This document shows positions 26,056 to 35,148 of a stretch of 57,490 bases of DNA, piece after piece (the stretch's first letter is position 1; each line of letters starts with the position of its first letter). The notes beneath the pieces are model-generated. The model was not told where the DNA came from. It saw only the letters and a list, made by a program, of their open reading frames with translations, and searched no databases. The DNA comes from a virus (Duplodnaviria; Caudoviricetes), in IMG/VR virus record IMGVR_UViG_3300042988_000148, positions 1 through 57,490 of that record; one strand, 5' to 3'. Both the position numbers and the translations under genes were made by a program.

Positions 26056-27653
26056 AATACATCCTGTTCCACTTCAACTTCAAACATTCTACCTGTCTCT
26101 TTGTTGTACAGCAAGTGACAAGCAGGACCAGTGACACCAGCGTATCGGTTCTTCAGAACACGAACGTGTGTGGTGTTGCGCTCAATTGGATCTTCGGCTT
26201 GACCATTACGCTCCAATCCAAGCACCATGTCGCTAAGCTGTGCAATTGATGCTGAGCCGCGAAGCTGTGCCAACGATGTGGCTGCACCTTCCTCATGACC
26301 CTTATCAGATGGTCGCTTCAAGTGGCTGACCAAGATGAGAGCAATGTTGGTTTCTTGCACCAGCATTCGCAGCTTCGTCATCACTTCGTCCAAGGCTTTG
26401 CGTTCATCACCGCTCTCTTGGCTAGAGATGATGATGGACAAGTGGTCGAGGAAGACATACTTGCACGACATACCCTTTGCCAGATAACGAACACGGTTGA
26501 CGATGTTCTCAATGCTCGTGCTTCCGAAGTGGTCGAACAGGTACAGGCGACCAGTGCCAAGCGTTGCATCGAAAGCGTTCTTGCGTTCTTCATCAGACAA
26601 TGTGGCATCAGGCAAATGCAGCGGCGCATTGGCAGCAAGCGACATCATGGACAGCGCAGTCTTACGAACACTCTCTTCCAAGAACATCAAGCCAATGTTG
26701 TCCTGTGTGTTCTGAATCAGATGCCACACCAACTCACGCAACACCTGTGACTTGCCCAAACCTGAGCCTGCTGTGACAGTGACAAGTTCACCAAGTCGAA
26801 TGCCATAGGTCAGTTCATTCAAACCTTCCCACGGATACTTGCAATCTGCAGGTGCCATTGGCTCAGCAACCAAGTCCCACAGCGAACTACCAGAGACGAT
26901 GCCGTCTGGTACAAACTGTTCAGCCCTCCACCAGCGATCAACAAACTGTGCTTCCTTGCTTGCTGACAACCAGTCACATGCATCCTTCATGTCAGGCATG
27001 GGTTTGAAGATCTTGCACTTGCTACCAAACAACTCAGCCACTTCCTTTGCAGCCTTGATGCCGGGTTCATCGCCATCAAAACAAACAACAACAGTTTCAA
27101 AGCTGTTGATGTATTCGTAGTTGGCCTTGCAATCTTTCAATGCAGAAGCCGCACCATTACGAATGGATACAACAGGCCATTTAGATCCTGTCATTTGGAA
27201 TGCAGCCAGTGCGTCGAACTCGCCTTCGGTGATGGTCAAGTATTTACCACCAGAGGGATAGAGGTTTTGACCGAACAGCGTTGCAGCTTTCCAGCTACCG
27301 ACAGCGCTGAAGTCTTTGCGATCAACAGGTCTGACCTTTGCTGCCACCAGCACAGAGTCTTTGTCGTAATAGGGGAAGTAGTATTTCCCGTTGTCACGAA
27401 CAACGCCATACTTCTCCATTGTTGTTTTGGTGATGCGTCTTTCTGACACAGACACTGAGTTGCCTGTACTGAAAGCTTTGATGAAGCTGTTGTCTACAGC
27501 TGCGGGAGTGATAGGTTCAACCACAATGATTCCTTCTGTACCGGGGGTGAGTGTTGAGCAGACAAAGCAATAGGTGCTACCGTCTGCGTTGATTGATGCG
27601 CCATCACTGCTGCCACAAGCAGGACATGACACATGGGTTTTGATGAATGTCAT
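26052..27653 (-). CDS. DNA primase-helicase (T7 gp4-like)
   Basis: N-terminal zinc ribbon (CPACGSSD...CFVC), TOPRIM (TEGEFDA, FDGD), Walker A AGSGLGKS, LDHL and LRGS. Confidence 0.97.
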   Translation of the reverse strand: MTFIKTHVSCPACGSSDGASINADGSTYCFVCSTLTPGTEGIIVVEPITPAAVDNSFIKAFSTGNSVSVSERRITKTTMEKYGVVRDNGKYYFPYYDKDSVLVAAKVRPVDRKDFSAVGSWKAATLFGQNLYPSGGKYLTITEGEFDALAAFQMTGSKWPVVSIRNGAASALKDCKANYEYINSFETVVVCFDGDEPGIKAAKEVAELFGSKCKIFKPMPDMKDACDWLSASKEAQFVDRWWRAEQFVPDGIVSGSSLWDLVAEPMAPADCKYPWEGLNELTYGIRLGELVTVTAGSGLGKSQVLRELVWHLIQNTQDNIGLMFLEESVRKTALSMMSLAANAPLHLPDATLSDEERKNAFDATLGTGRLYLFDHFGSTSIENIVNRVRYLAKGMSCKYVFLDHLSIIISSQESGDERKALDEVMTKLRMLVQETNIALILVSHLKRPSDKGHEEGAATSLAQLRGSASIAQLSDMVLGLERNGQAEDPIERNTTHVRVLKNRYAGVTGPACHLLYNKETGRMFEVEVEQDVL

Positions 27654-27907
27654 CAGGCTCCAGCCTTGCTATAGATGTGAAAGAGTTTTGATCTGATCAC
27701 AGCGTCCTCTCGTTCTTTAACCAAACCGTAGATTGTGCCATGATTTGCATTCTCTGCTCGTTTCTTTTTCACAACCTCAGTCATGATTTGTCCACTCGTC
27801 AAAGCGCTGTTGGTCTTTGCCTTGAAGGCAGGATCATCGGCAAAGATGGATGGTCGAATATTTTCTTTCCAATGGAATGGAGAAGAGGGGTGGCAATTGC
27901 AGGTCAC
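27653..27907 (-). CDS. Hypothetical protein
   Basis: Coupled ORF. Confidence 0.6.
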   Translation of the reverse strand: MTCNCHPSSPFHWKENIRPSIFADDPAFKAKTNSALTSGQIMTEVVKKKRAENANHGTIYGLVKEREDAVIRSKLFHIYSKAGA

Positions 27908-28548
27908 GATTGTTCCTCAAAGAAAGCAGACATGGTAACTGGTGCAACATCACGCAACACCACCAACACATCCTGTGCAACTTGTCGATGTTCCTTTTGT
28001 GTAGCTACATCGAGTCGTGCTTGCAGATAAGTAATCCAGCTACGCACAGTACCAGTGATGTACAGCTTAGATGGTGTCAGTCCTTCAGGCAACAGAGCAC
28101 GAGCCTGTTCTTTGGCAATGCCACGCTTGAGCGCTTCACTATACAGGAACTGAGTCTCGTCAATCATCCTAGCTTGTACTGCGTCCCACCAAACGATGAG
28201 GGCAGAGTCGTCTGTTGCTAAAGAGTTCTGACGATTCTTGTTGTCCTGCATTCGGCATTCTCGAATAGCGAATTCACCAAGCTGTGTAGCGTCAGCATAG
28301 CGCTGGCTAAATTCTTGGAAGCTGAAGCTGCGATGACGCAAGAGTTGTCGTGCAATATCGCGGGTGGTGGACACTTCAATACATGCACTTGCCATTTCAA
28401 ATACAGACCAGTGTGCGTTACGAGCGCAGTAGCTGAGCAGTCCTGCCACGTTGGGATTGTCTTGGTTAGCAGGGTTGCTGACACGGGCGCAATAGCCGAT
28501 GTGTTTGTCAGCATCAGGTGTTGCCCAAATAAGTTTTGCGGTTGTCAT
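27904..28548 (-). CDS. thyX: FAD-dependent thymidylate synthase
   Basis: ARVS, HWSVFE, RHRSFSFQEFSQRY, EQAR and TQKEHR. Confidence 0.97.
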   Translation of the reverse strand: MTTAKLIWATPDADKHIGYCARVSNPANQDNPNVAGLLSYCARNAHWSVFEMASACIEVSTTRDIARQLLRHRSFSFQEFSQRYADATQLGEFAIRECRMQDNKNRQNSLATDDSALIVWWDAVQARMIDETQFLYSEALKRGIAKEQARALLPEGLTPSKLYITGTVRSWITYLQARLDVATQKEHRQVAQDVLVVLRDVAPVTMSAFFEEQS

Positions 28549-28820
28549 TTTGTTTCTCCAATTTGTAGTGGTGACATGCGGCGTGAAATGTCTAATGCTG
28601 CTCTTTCGACGAGCCTATAGAAATCATCAACGTCAGCAACAATCACACGACAAGAGTATGTCGTGGAAAAGTCACCGACCTCTTCTTTGATTGTGCAGTC
28701 GGCAATATGCCGTGCCAGTTCTTTTGCAATTTGATCACGCACGAGGTATTTAATACGAACTTGATCAGTGTTTTTTTGCAGATTACTGACGACATGTTGT
28801 ACTGAGAATGTTTCTTTCAT
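28545..28820 (-). CDS. Hypothetical protein
   Basis: ATGA-coupled ORF. Confidence 0.6.
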   Translation of the reverse strand: MKETFSVQHVVSNLQKNTDQVRIKYLVRDQIAKELARHIADCTIKEEVGDFSTTYSCRVIVADVDDFYRLVERAALDISRRMSPLQIGETK

Positions 28821-29005
28821 GTTGCTGCCACTCCACCGGCTAAGAACAGTCCGAAGAGTGCTCCGATAGCTGCGGTTGTACCTCTATCAATAGCGTTCCA
28901 GTTACCGGGGTTGATGTCCCATTGAATGAATGAACCAAACAAATAGACAACAACGTTAGCACCAGCAAAAACAATCAATACGTTTCTGTCTTTCTTATGC
29001 ATCAC
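28817..29005 (-). CDS. Small two-TM membrane protein
   Basis: Two hydrophobic segments around WDINPGNW. Confidence 0.6.
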   Translation of the reverse strand: MMHKKDRNVLIVFAGANVVVYLFGSFIQWDINPGNWNAIDRGTTAAIGALFGLFLAGGVAAT

Positions 29006-30084
29006 ATCATTCCTCTCATTTCTTGTGCAACTGTTGCACTCTTTAGTGTGTGTTTCATATATGGCACCAAGCTTTGTGGTGTGGCATGTCCTGTCAAAGA
29101 CATGATGTTGGGTACAGGTACACCAACAGATACCATCTCAGTCACTGCTGTCCTGCGTAGATCCATCAGCTGCAACTCTTCAGGAAGACCTGCTTGTTCC
29201 ATCAAAGCACGACCAGCCTTAGCCAAGCCCGTCAGTGTATACGGTTTCATCTTCTCAGGCAAGGGGAACATGTATTGTTGCCAACCAAGTTCGTCGTGTT
29301 GTTGCTTCAACATTTGCTGCAGGTCTTGCGGCAGTGGCACTGACACCCTAGCTCGTCGCTTGCTTTGCTCCAACTGCAGCACACCAGTGTTAATGTCGTA
29401 GCTGCTCCATGTCAGCATACGCATATCACCTAAGCGCTGTGCTGCACAATAGGCAGTGTAGATAATGAGTCCCAAGCTACGGGTTGCATAGTTGCTGAAC
29501 GCCACAGACATGAAAGCCTTGATGTGTTCACGCTCCCACACTACTCGTCTACTCTTCACAGCCTGTGTCTTCACCGCCTTGAACGGATTGAATGTAGTGA
29601 AGCCATTGCGAATGGCATAGCTTAGCATCAGCTTGTACACAGCAAGTGTGTGGTTGGCAAGGCTTACACTATGCGCAGCAAAGCCATCATACAAGCGCTG
29701 ACATATTGGTGCAGACAAGTCACACAGTCGTGTCTTCAATAGCGTTGCACCGGCTGTCTTACCAGCGAACCACCCTTTCACGTAGTAGGGGTAGTCGTAT
29801 TTGCTTTTGTCAGACAGCTTGTTATAGTCAAGGCTATTGATGTAGCTTTTATACAGGTCTTCGATTGTAGATTTCTCAGACAAGTTTTTGAGATAGCGAT
29901 GTTCTCTTCGCCACTCATCAAGCTTTTCATTCTCTGTGTTGCAAAAGTTGACGGCATCACACAGGTTAGGACCAAGTGTGACACGCTTAACAATGCCTGC
30001 TTCAATGGCATCGGCGGGTGGGTTGTATCGATAGGACACGACACCAGCCCTGTCAACAAGCTGCATGTATCGTGCAAGTTTCAT
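29002..30084 (-). CDS. Tyrosine recombinase/integrase
   Basis: Catalytic set R (QRLGD), K (QSKR), DLRRT, TGH and Y (PY), plus N-terminal arm/SAM-like region. Confidence 0.9.
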   Translation of the reverse strand: MKLARYMQLVDRAGVVSYRYNPPADAIEAGIVKRVTLGPNLCDAVNFCNTENEKLDEWRREHRYLKNLSEKSTIEDLYKSYINSLDYNKLSDKSKYDYPYYVKGWFAGKTAGATLLKTRLCDLSAPICQRLYDGFAAHSVSLANHTLAVYKLMLSYAIRNGFTTFNPFKAVKTQAVKSRRVVWEREHIKAFMSVAFSNYATRSLGLIIYTAYCAAQRLGDMRMLTWSSYDINTGVLQLEQSKRRARVSVPLPQDLQQMLKQQHDELGWQQYMFPLPEKMKPYTLTGLAKAGRALMEQAGLPEELQLMDLRRTAVTEMVSVGVPVPNIMSLTGHATPQSLVPYMKHTLKSATVAQEMRGMM

Positions 30085-30746
30085 GTGTTCTTCTCCTTGA
30101 GTTTGGCTTCGATGGCTCTCAAAAACTGATGCGCCGTCTGTGCCGATTTCATGTATTCATTTTCGAGTTCGTCTATGTTGAAATCACTAAGCCCAACCCA
30201 TTGCCGCTGTGCTGCGGGTGGGGTGGTGTTGGTCAGTCCTTCCCAAGTTCCTGCGTTGTTGTTCCAGCGCCATTCGGTGATTGGAATCCACGCCACAGGC
30301 TCCTGCACAGGTGCTGCAACTGGCACTGCATACTCAAGCGGACCAATGTCTTTCTCGTACTTCGCCACCCACATTTCACTGCGCCGCTTTTCCTTCTCGT
30401 ACATATCTTTCCAGTCAACATCCTGCACAGGTGCTGCGGGTGGCAGGCTGTGATACTCATGCGGCCCCGGCCCCCAGTCTTCTTGCACAGGCGCTGGCTG
30501 TGCGGGTGGGGTGGTGTAGAGCGTGTGCTCTCCGTCTGGCAGCTTAAACAACCCAAGCTCCCAATCCCCCAGCTCGGCATGTCGATCGCCGTTCATGTGC
30601 CATGTACGAACAGTTGCCACAGGTTCCTGCACAGGTGCTGCAAGGGCTTGCTTGATGGCGGTGATTAGCTCAAACGCATCTTGACCTCCAAAGTGATTTG
30701 CCTCTACAAACTTTAGCGCCTGCTTCAATGCTTCGTCTTTATCCAT
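30081..30746 (-). CDS. Modular repeat-containing hypothetical protein (APVQEPVA family)
   Basis: Start MDKDEALKQ with AAGGAG SD, four APVQ(E/D) units, C-terminal RAIEAKLKEKN. Confidence 0.7.
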   Translation of the reverse strand: MDKDEALKQALKFVEANHFGGQDAFELITAIKQALAAPVQEPVATVRTWHMNGDRHAELGDWELGLFKLPDGEHTLYTTPPAQPAPVQEDWGPGPHEYHSLPPAAPVQDVDWKDMYEKEKRRSEMWVAKYEKDIGPLEYAVPVAAPVQEPVAWIPITEWRWNNNAGTWEGLTNTTPPAAQRQWVGLSDFNIDELENEYMKSAQTAHQFLRAIEAKLKEKNT

Positions 30747-31242
30747 TGTTCTTCTCCTTGAGTTTGGCTTCGATGGCTCGGGCAAAGTCATGCTCAAAGC
30801 GGATTGAGTCGCCATGTTGTATTACGGCGGCTACGATGTCATCCATTGAAATCCCAACCCATTGCCGCTTTGCTGCGGGTGGGCTCAATTCATTGGTGCT
30901 ATCAATCGTCATTCGATTAACCCACGCCACAGGCTCCTGCACAGGTGCTGGCTGTGCTGCCAGTGGTGTAGCCACGTTGGGTGGGGTGGTGTAGAGGGGT
31001 TTTAGCTTGCGTGACTTCTCAGGATATGTCATGTTTAATCGCTCAAACTCCAGCATTGCCTCGTCTTTGTTCATAAACACCAGAACAGGGCCATGCGTCC
31101 AGATGATCCACGCTACAGGCTCCTGCACAGGTGCTGCAAGGGCTTGCTTAATGGCGGTGATGGCTGTGTCCATTTGGTGGATGCTGAACTCCTCCTTTAC
31201 TCGCAACAACGCCTCCAGTGCCAGCTTCAATGCTTCGTCTTT
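30091..31242. repeat. Interspersed direct repeats shared by two paralogous ORFs
   Basis: TCCTGCACAGGTGCTG-like units at 30301, 30421, 30481, 30625, 30935 and 31121. TTCTCCTTGAGTTTGGCTTCGATGGCTC at 30091 and 30752. CTTCAATGCTTCGTCTTT at about 30723 and 31225. Confidence 0.9.
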
Positions 31243-31248
31243 GGTCAT
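30739..31248 (-). CDS. Paralog of the modular APVQEPVA protein
   Basis: MTKDEALKLALE...APVQEPVA...RQWVG...RAIEAKLKEKN. Confidence 0.75.
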   Translation of the reverse strand: MTKDEALKLALEALLRVKEEFSIHQMDTAITAIKQALAAPVQEPVAWIIWTHGPVLVFMNKDEAMLEFERLNMTYPEKSRKLKPLYTTPPNVATPLAAQPAPVQEPVAWVNRMTIDSTNELSPPAAKRQWVGISMDDIVAAVIQHGDSIRFEHDFARAIEAKLKEKNNG

Positions 31249-31544
31249 TTGGTTTCTCCAATTTCTCGAATTACTTCGGCGCAGTTTTCAGCGAAATTCA
31301 TAGGATGGCTGCTGTTTTTCGCATACATATCACACACCTTTGCACACGCCTCACGTTCAGCTTGCACAATGGCTTGTTCGTATTCAGTCCAGTGTTCTTG
31401 CGTCCATGTGCGGTTGCGCTCATCAGCACGAACAAGGGCTTCAAAATCTTTAATGCAGGTCATGTATTCTTCCGGTACGCTGCTCCAGTCATCGCGTCCA
31501 TCCAATAGCCCGACCTCACGAGCCATGTCTATGGTGTCTCTCAT
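31245..31544 (-). CDS. Hypothetical protein (AEREACAK family)
   Basis: Start MRDTIDMARE with GGAGG SD and ATGA couplings. Confidence 0.65.
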   Translation of the reverse strand: MRDTIDMAREVGLLDGRDDWSSVPEEYMTCIKDFEALVRADERNRTWTQEHWTEYEQAIVQAEREACAKVCDMYAKNSSHPMNFAENCAEVIREIGETK

Positions 31545-31831
31545 ACTACCTCCCAAGGTACAGGACCACGCCATACAGATTTGTACTTTGTTTCAATCTT
31601 CATTACAAAATTTTCAGAATAGCCAATCAAGCACCACTTATTTTCAGTGGCAGCACCACGACCATGACGAGAAACCTTACCCATCTTCTTGATGAGATTG
31701 TCTTTCGCAAGAGTCTTCAGGTAATACTTAACTTGATCAGTCGAATACGATGTTGCTTCACGCAACTGGCCTGTTGTGTATGGCTTATGTTTAAGCAGAG
31801 CATACAACTCATTACGAATATTGTGTGTCAT
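31541..31831 (-). CDS. Winged HTH DNA-binding protein
   Basis: TTGQLREAT-x-YS-x2-QVKYYLKTL-x4-LI helix-turn-helix pattern. Confidence 0.55.
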   Translation of the reverse strand: MTHNIRNELYALLKHKPYTTGQLREATSYSTDQVKYYLKTLAKDNLIKKMGKVSRHGRGAATENKWCLIGYSENFVMKIETKYKSVWRGPVPWEVV

Positions 31832-31985
31832 GTTCACCCAATCGTTTCTTGCATTGAACAACACAGACACCACAGATATATTTACCAGAAGTGCCTGCAA
31901 AGAATTGCTTAGCTACGCTCTTTGGTGTGCCACAAAAGCTACACTTAGGATCGTGCTCCTTGAAAGGAACAATGTTATTTGTCAT
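31812..31985 (-). CDS. Stand-alone ClpX C4-type zinc finger protein, 57 aa (not in ORF track)
   Basis: MTNNIVPFKEHDPKCSFCGTPKSVAKQFFAGTSGKYICGVCVVQCKKRLGEHDTQYS matches the ClpX N-domain pattern CSFCG...AG...YIC-x2-CV-x2-C. ATGA coupled. Confidence 0.8.
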   Translation of the reverse strand: MTNNIVPFKEHDPKCSFCGTPKSVAKQFFAGTSGKYICGVCVVQCKKRLGEHDTQYS

Positions 31986-32812
31986 ACGTTACCCATGTCA
32001 TAGAGTTTGTTGGCTGTGCTGAACAACACATCGTGCTGCATCAAAGCATCAAGCCAGCGTTGAGGAATGCTGTTGTACCCATAGATACGACCAGCAATCA
32101 TACCTGTCACAGCACCAACTGTATCAGCGTCACCGCCCTTGTTGACAGCGTGAATGAGAGCGTCTTCGAAGGACGATGTTGCTGCGACAGATTGCCACGC
32201 CGATGCATAACATCCCATCACTGTGCCGCTTTCTTCCTTGATGCCTTTGTCGAACAGGTCTTGGTTGCCTACGACAGCACCATCGAACAACTCTTCAGCC
32301 AGTGCAGCACTGTAGACAACACACTTACCAGTGCCGTGAGTGATGAGCCCACCAGCAACAGACTCAGCAATCGCCATCGTCTTGTTGTTGTGGTTGAACA
32401 GGATGTGTGGAGCCATTCTCATGATCGCACCGTTACCGTCTGTCATGAGAGCACAAGAGCCACCATAGGGACGCTTGTTGGACGATGCACTCAGCGCTTC
32501 AGCAGTAGTAGTTCCAATATCAAAACAATAATTGCGAGTACCGAAAGTTCCATTGTTTCTCCACTGTTTGAAGTTCTGTGCAATGATGCCGGGAGCAAAG
32601 CGTTTGTAAGCAAGGTAGCTGTCAGCAATAGCCATTGCCATAGCACCATCGTCTGTCCATTCACCCGGTGATGTTTCATGAACACCGCCACCGATCATAT
32701 CCTTGAGTGGAGAGCCAGTGTTTGGCTCAGTGAATTCCAGTGGGGCACCGAGTGCATCACCGATGAACAGACCCATGAACATACCGATAGCGTTGTCTTT
32801 ATTCATTAACAT
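31982..32812 (-). CDS. ADP-ribosylglycohydrolase (DraG/ARH family)
   Basis: GDALG, GEWTDD, DIG-x-TT, GNGAIMR and GGDADT motifs. Confidence 0.95.
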   Translation of the reverse strand: MLMNKDNAIGMFMGLFIGDALGAPLEFTEPNTGSPLKDMIGGGVHETSPGEWTDDGAMAMAIADSYLAYKRFAPGIIAQNFKQWRNNGTFGTRNYCFDIGTTTAEALSASSNKRPYGGSCALMTDGNGAIMRMAPHILFNHNNKTMAIAESVAGGLITHGTGKCVVYSAALAEELFDGAVVGNQDLFDKGIKEESGTVMGCYASAWQSVAATSSFEDALIHAVNKGGDADTVGAVTGMIAGRIYGYNSIPQRWLDALMQHDVLFSTANKLYDMGNV

Positions 32813-32834
32813 TTCCTGTGCTGAGTGTGTTGAT

Positions 32835-32909
32835 TGGTGTTACGTACTGGATTCGAACCAATGACCAAGCGATTATGAGCCGCCTGCTCTACCACTGAGC
32901 TAACGTAAC
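32835..32909 (-). tRNA. tRNA-CAT (probably Ile2/lysidine type; elongator Met not excluded)
   Basis: GTTACGT...GGCGG-CTCATAA-TCGCT...TTCGA...ACGTAAC-A-CCA. G1:C72 argues against an initiator tRNA. Confidence 0.9.
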
Positions 32910-32984
32910 AAGTGCATGTCTCTCCATGCTGTCACCGATTGTCTAACCAGAAGAACCCCATAGCGGTCAAGGCCATTCAACAAA

Positions 32985-33785
32985 TCATTTAACGTGGATG
33001 AACGGTGTCACACCGCCAGCATTTGTAGTGGGCAGCTTACCGTCCCACTTCTTGATCGCCTCAAGCTCAACGTACTCTTTACCACCCTGTGCAGAGATGG
33101 CCTGTGCCTTGATGCGGATGGCATCAGCAATACCTTGTGCTTCAACACGATTGCGTTCAGCCTCAGCCTTAGCAAGCTCCACTTCTTTTTGCTTTGCAGC
33201 AATTTGGAAGTTGCGATTGGCAGCTTCTTTGATGGACGCTTCCAGTGCAGGATCTGTCACGAGGTTACGAACGTTAGCAGAGCGAACAAAGAACCAACCC
33301 TTAGCGCTTGCATCCAACTCAGCCTGCAACATCTTCACAATGTCAGCAGAGATTTCGTTGCGCTCAGTGTGGACAGTGGCGCTACCTCGTTTGGATACAG
33401 CGTTGTAGATAACCTCACGGGCTTGACGAGTGGCGTAGTTGAAACCGACACGCTCAGCGTCTTCACCCTTCACCTCAGAACGATCACCGGGCCAACGAGT
33501 CAGGATGGCAGGTGCCTTCGACGCATCAATCTGCAGGTAGATGTCAACGTCCATGTCAGCCAGTGTAATTTTGTCACTGGTCTGTGGCTTCATGTCATTC
33601 AGTTGTAGCGGCAGCTCTTTGCCTGAAACTTCAATGACTTTCTTGAACAGCGTGAAGTAGGTGCCGGGTGACAATGTCTGGTCTTTGACCTGACCCATCG
33701 TAGATTCAACACCTACGTTGCCAGTATCAATTTGTGTACAGGCAGCAAGGCTAGCAACAAGAGAAGCGAGAATAAGTTTTTTCAT
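32985..33785 (-). CDS. SPFH/band-7 (prohibitin-like) lipoprotein
   Basis: ATG at 33785, lipobox LAAC, IDTGNVGV, AE-repeat coiled coil and IKKWDGKLP. Confidence 0.85.
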   Translation of the reverse strand: MKKLILASLVASLAACTQIDTGNVGVESTMGQVKDQTLSPGTYFTLFKKVIEVSGKELPLQLNDMKPQTSDKITLADMDVDIYLQIDASKAPAILTRWPGDRSEVKGEDAERVGFNYATRQAREVIYNAVSKRGSATVHTERNEISADIVKMLQAELDASAKGWFFVRSANVRNLVTDPALEASIKEAANRNFQIAAKQKEVELAKAEAERNRVEAQGIADAIRIKAQAISAQGGKEYVELEAIKKWDGKLPTTNAGGVTPFIHVK

Positions 33786-33973
33786 AAAATTGCAATCGAA
33801 ACAAGGTTGAGTTGAACCACCAGCACAACAAGGATGGTGGTGATGATGAACGCTACCACAGGTAGGTGCTCTGACAAGAAGCGCTTGGTTGCCTTCTTGT
33901 CTTTGCTCGGCAGGTATGACCATGAGAAGTACATGATCAACGACATGATGACGAGTAGTGCAAGATGCTTCAT
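33782..33973 (-). CDS. Small two-TM protein coupled to the SPFH gene
   Basis: Two hydrophobic helices and ATGA overlaps. Confidence 0.65.
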   Translation of the reverse strand: MKHLALLVIMSLIMYFSWSYLPSKDKKATKRFLSEHLPVVAFIITTILVVLVVQLNLVSIAIL

Positions 33974-34806
33974 GCTGTCACCATCTCGTCAGCAATATTC
34001 CACAAGGCAGTGTTGATGCGCTGGTGTTCCTTGATCGAGTTGACTGGTCGAGCCTTACGCATCACACCCTCAGGATGTGTCTCGGTGATTGACCTGATCA
34101 TGGCATTGCCACGAATGACACCTTCTTGAATGCGATTGAACACGGTCCAAGCATCGTAGCCTTCGTCACCAACACGGCGGACATTCATCACATCCTTGAC
34201 GGTCTGTGCAACAGCATAAGCACCCTTGGTTTGACCTGTGTAGTCAGCCCAACGAGTAGCTACACCAGCAATTGCCATGTCGTGTGCCTCACCAGTGGTC
34301 AGGGTAAGACCACGCATCTTCTCAATGCGATCCATCAACAGGGGCAGGGTGGCTGTAGTGGTACGCAACATCTCTTCGAAGCCGTTCAATGCTTTGCTGT
34401 GATAGATGCGAGACTGGAAACCATCACCTGCCACGATGCCGTTAGAGCAGATGAAACGGAACAGACCAGCGAACAACTTCACAGAGCCTGTGCCATCGTG
34501 AGAGTTGTACAAGATGATTTCAGGACGAACATCACCAGTCTCTGCAATGTCATGAGCACTGCTGAAAGCAAGCATGTGGGCAGTGTGTTCCGGTGAAGCT
34601 TTGCGACTACGCTTTTGTGCAGCCTGTGTTGGGAAGTAGCCATAGTCCGCCATGATGGGCAGCACATCGCTGGTTGTGAGGGATACGTAACGATCTGACA
34701 AGCGCTCAGCTTTGGTTGTGCTGAACACGGCAGGAGCACGATGTTGAATCTGTTCGGGTGTCAGGATGGAGTTGTCAGCGTTGCGAGAGAAGATAACGTG
34801 AGCCAT
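33970..34806 (-). CDS. DUF932/DUF945 family protein
   Basis: APAVF...SDRY...NSHDG...GLFRFICSNG...W-x-VFNRIQE...N-x2-LW. Confidence 0.85.
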   Translation of the reverse strand: MAHVIFSRNADNSILTPEQIQHRAPAVFSTTKAERLSDRYVSLTTSDVLPIMADYGYFPTQAAQKRSRKASPEHTAHMLAFSSAHDIAETGDVRPEIILYNSHDGTGSVKLFAGLFRFICSNGIVAGDGFQSRIYHSKALNGFEEMLRTTTATLPLLMDRIEKMRGLTLTTGEAHDMAIAGVATRWADYTGQTKGAYAVAQTVKDVMNVRRVGDEGYDAWTVFNRIQEGVIRGNAMIRSITETHPEGVMRKARPVNSIKEHQRINTALWNIADEMVTA

Positions 34807-34856
34807 TGTGTTTCCTTAGCGAGAGAGTTGTGGCAACATTGCCGAGATGGGCCTTC

Positions 34857-34886
34857 AGTGTAAAGGCTTTTGAAAGGTGTTGTCAA
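34857..34886 (-). promoter_or_regulatory. Sigma70 early promoter
   Basis: TTGACA-N18-TACACT upstream of the DUF932 gene. Confidence 0.7.
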
Positions 34887-34902
34887 ATAAAAACCCAACA
34901 AA

Positions 34903-35148
34903 TTAGTCGGGCTTTGCTTTCTTCACAAGTGGAATTACCTGTGCTGTTGCGCTGATGTGCAACAACTCATTGTTCATGTTCAGGCAATAGCTGTACATAC
35001 CGTCGATGTGATCAAAGAAGATGACCTCATCAATGCCTGTGCCTTCCATCCACGGCAGCTTGATGTAGCTACGTGGCTTGGTCTTGTACAACTCACGCAG
35101 TGGCAGCTGTTCGTAGTCGGCTAGATCGAATTCGTTTATCATGTTCAA
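34903..35148 (-). CDS. Hypothetical protein
   Basis: FDHIDGMYSYC motif. Confidence 0.6.
   Translation of the reverse strand: MNMINEFDLADYEQLPLRELYKTKPRSYIKLPWMEGTGIDEVIFFDHIDGMYSYCLNMNNELLHISATAQVIPLVKKAKPD

Noticed and set aside
30081-31248. Repeats as a CRISPR array or diversity-generating retroelement
   Set aside because: Spacing is irregular, the repeats are in-frame protein junctions, there is no reverse transcriptase or cas gene, and no adenine-specific variation was seen.
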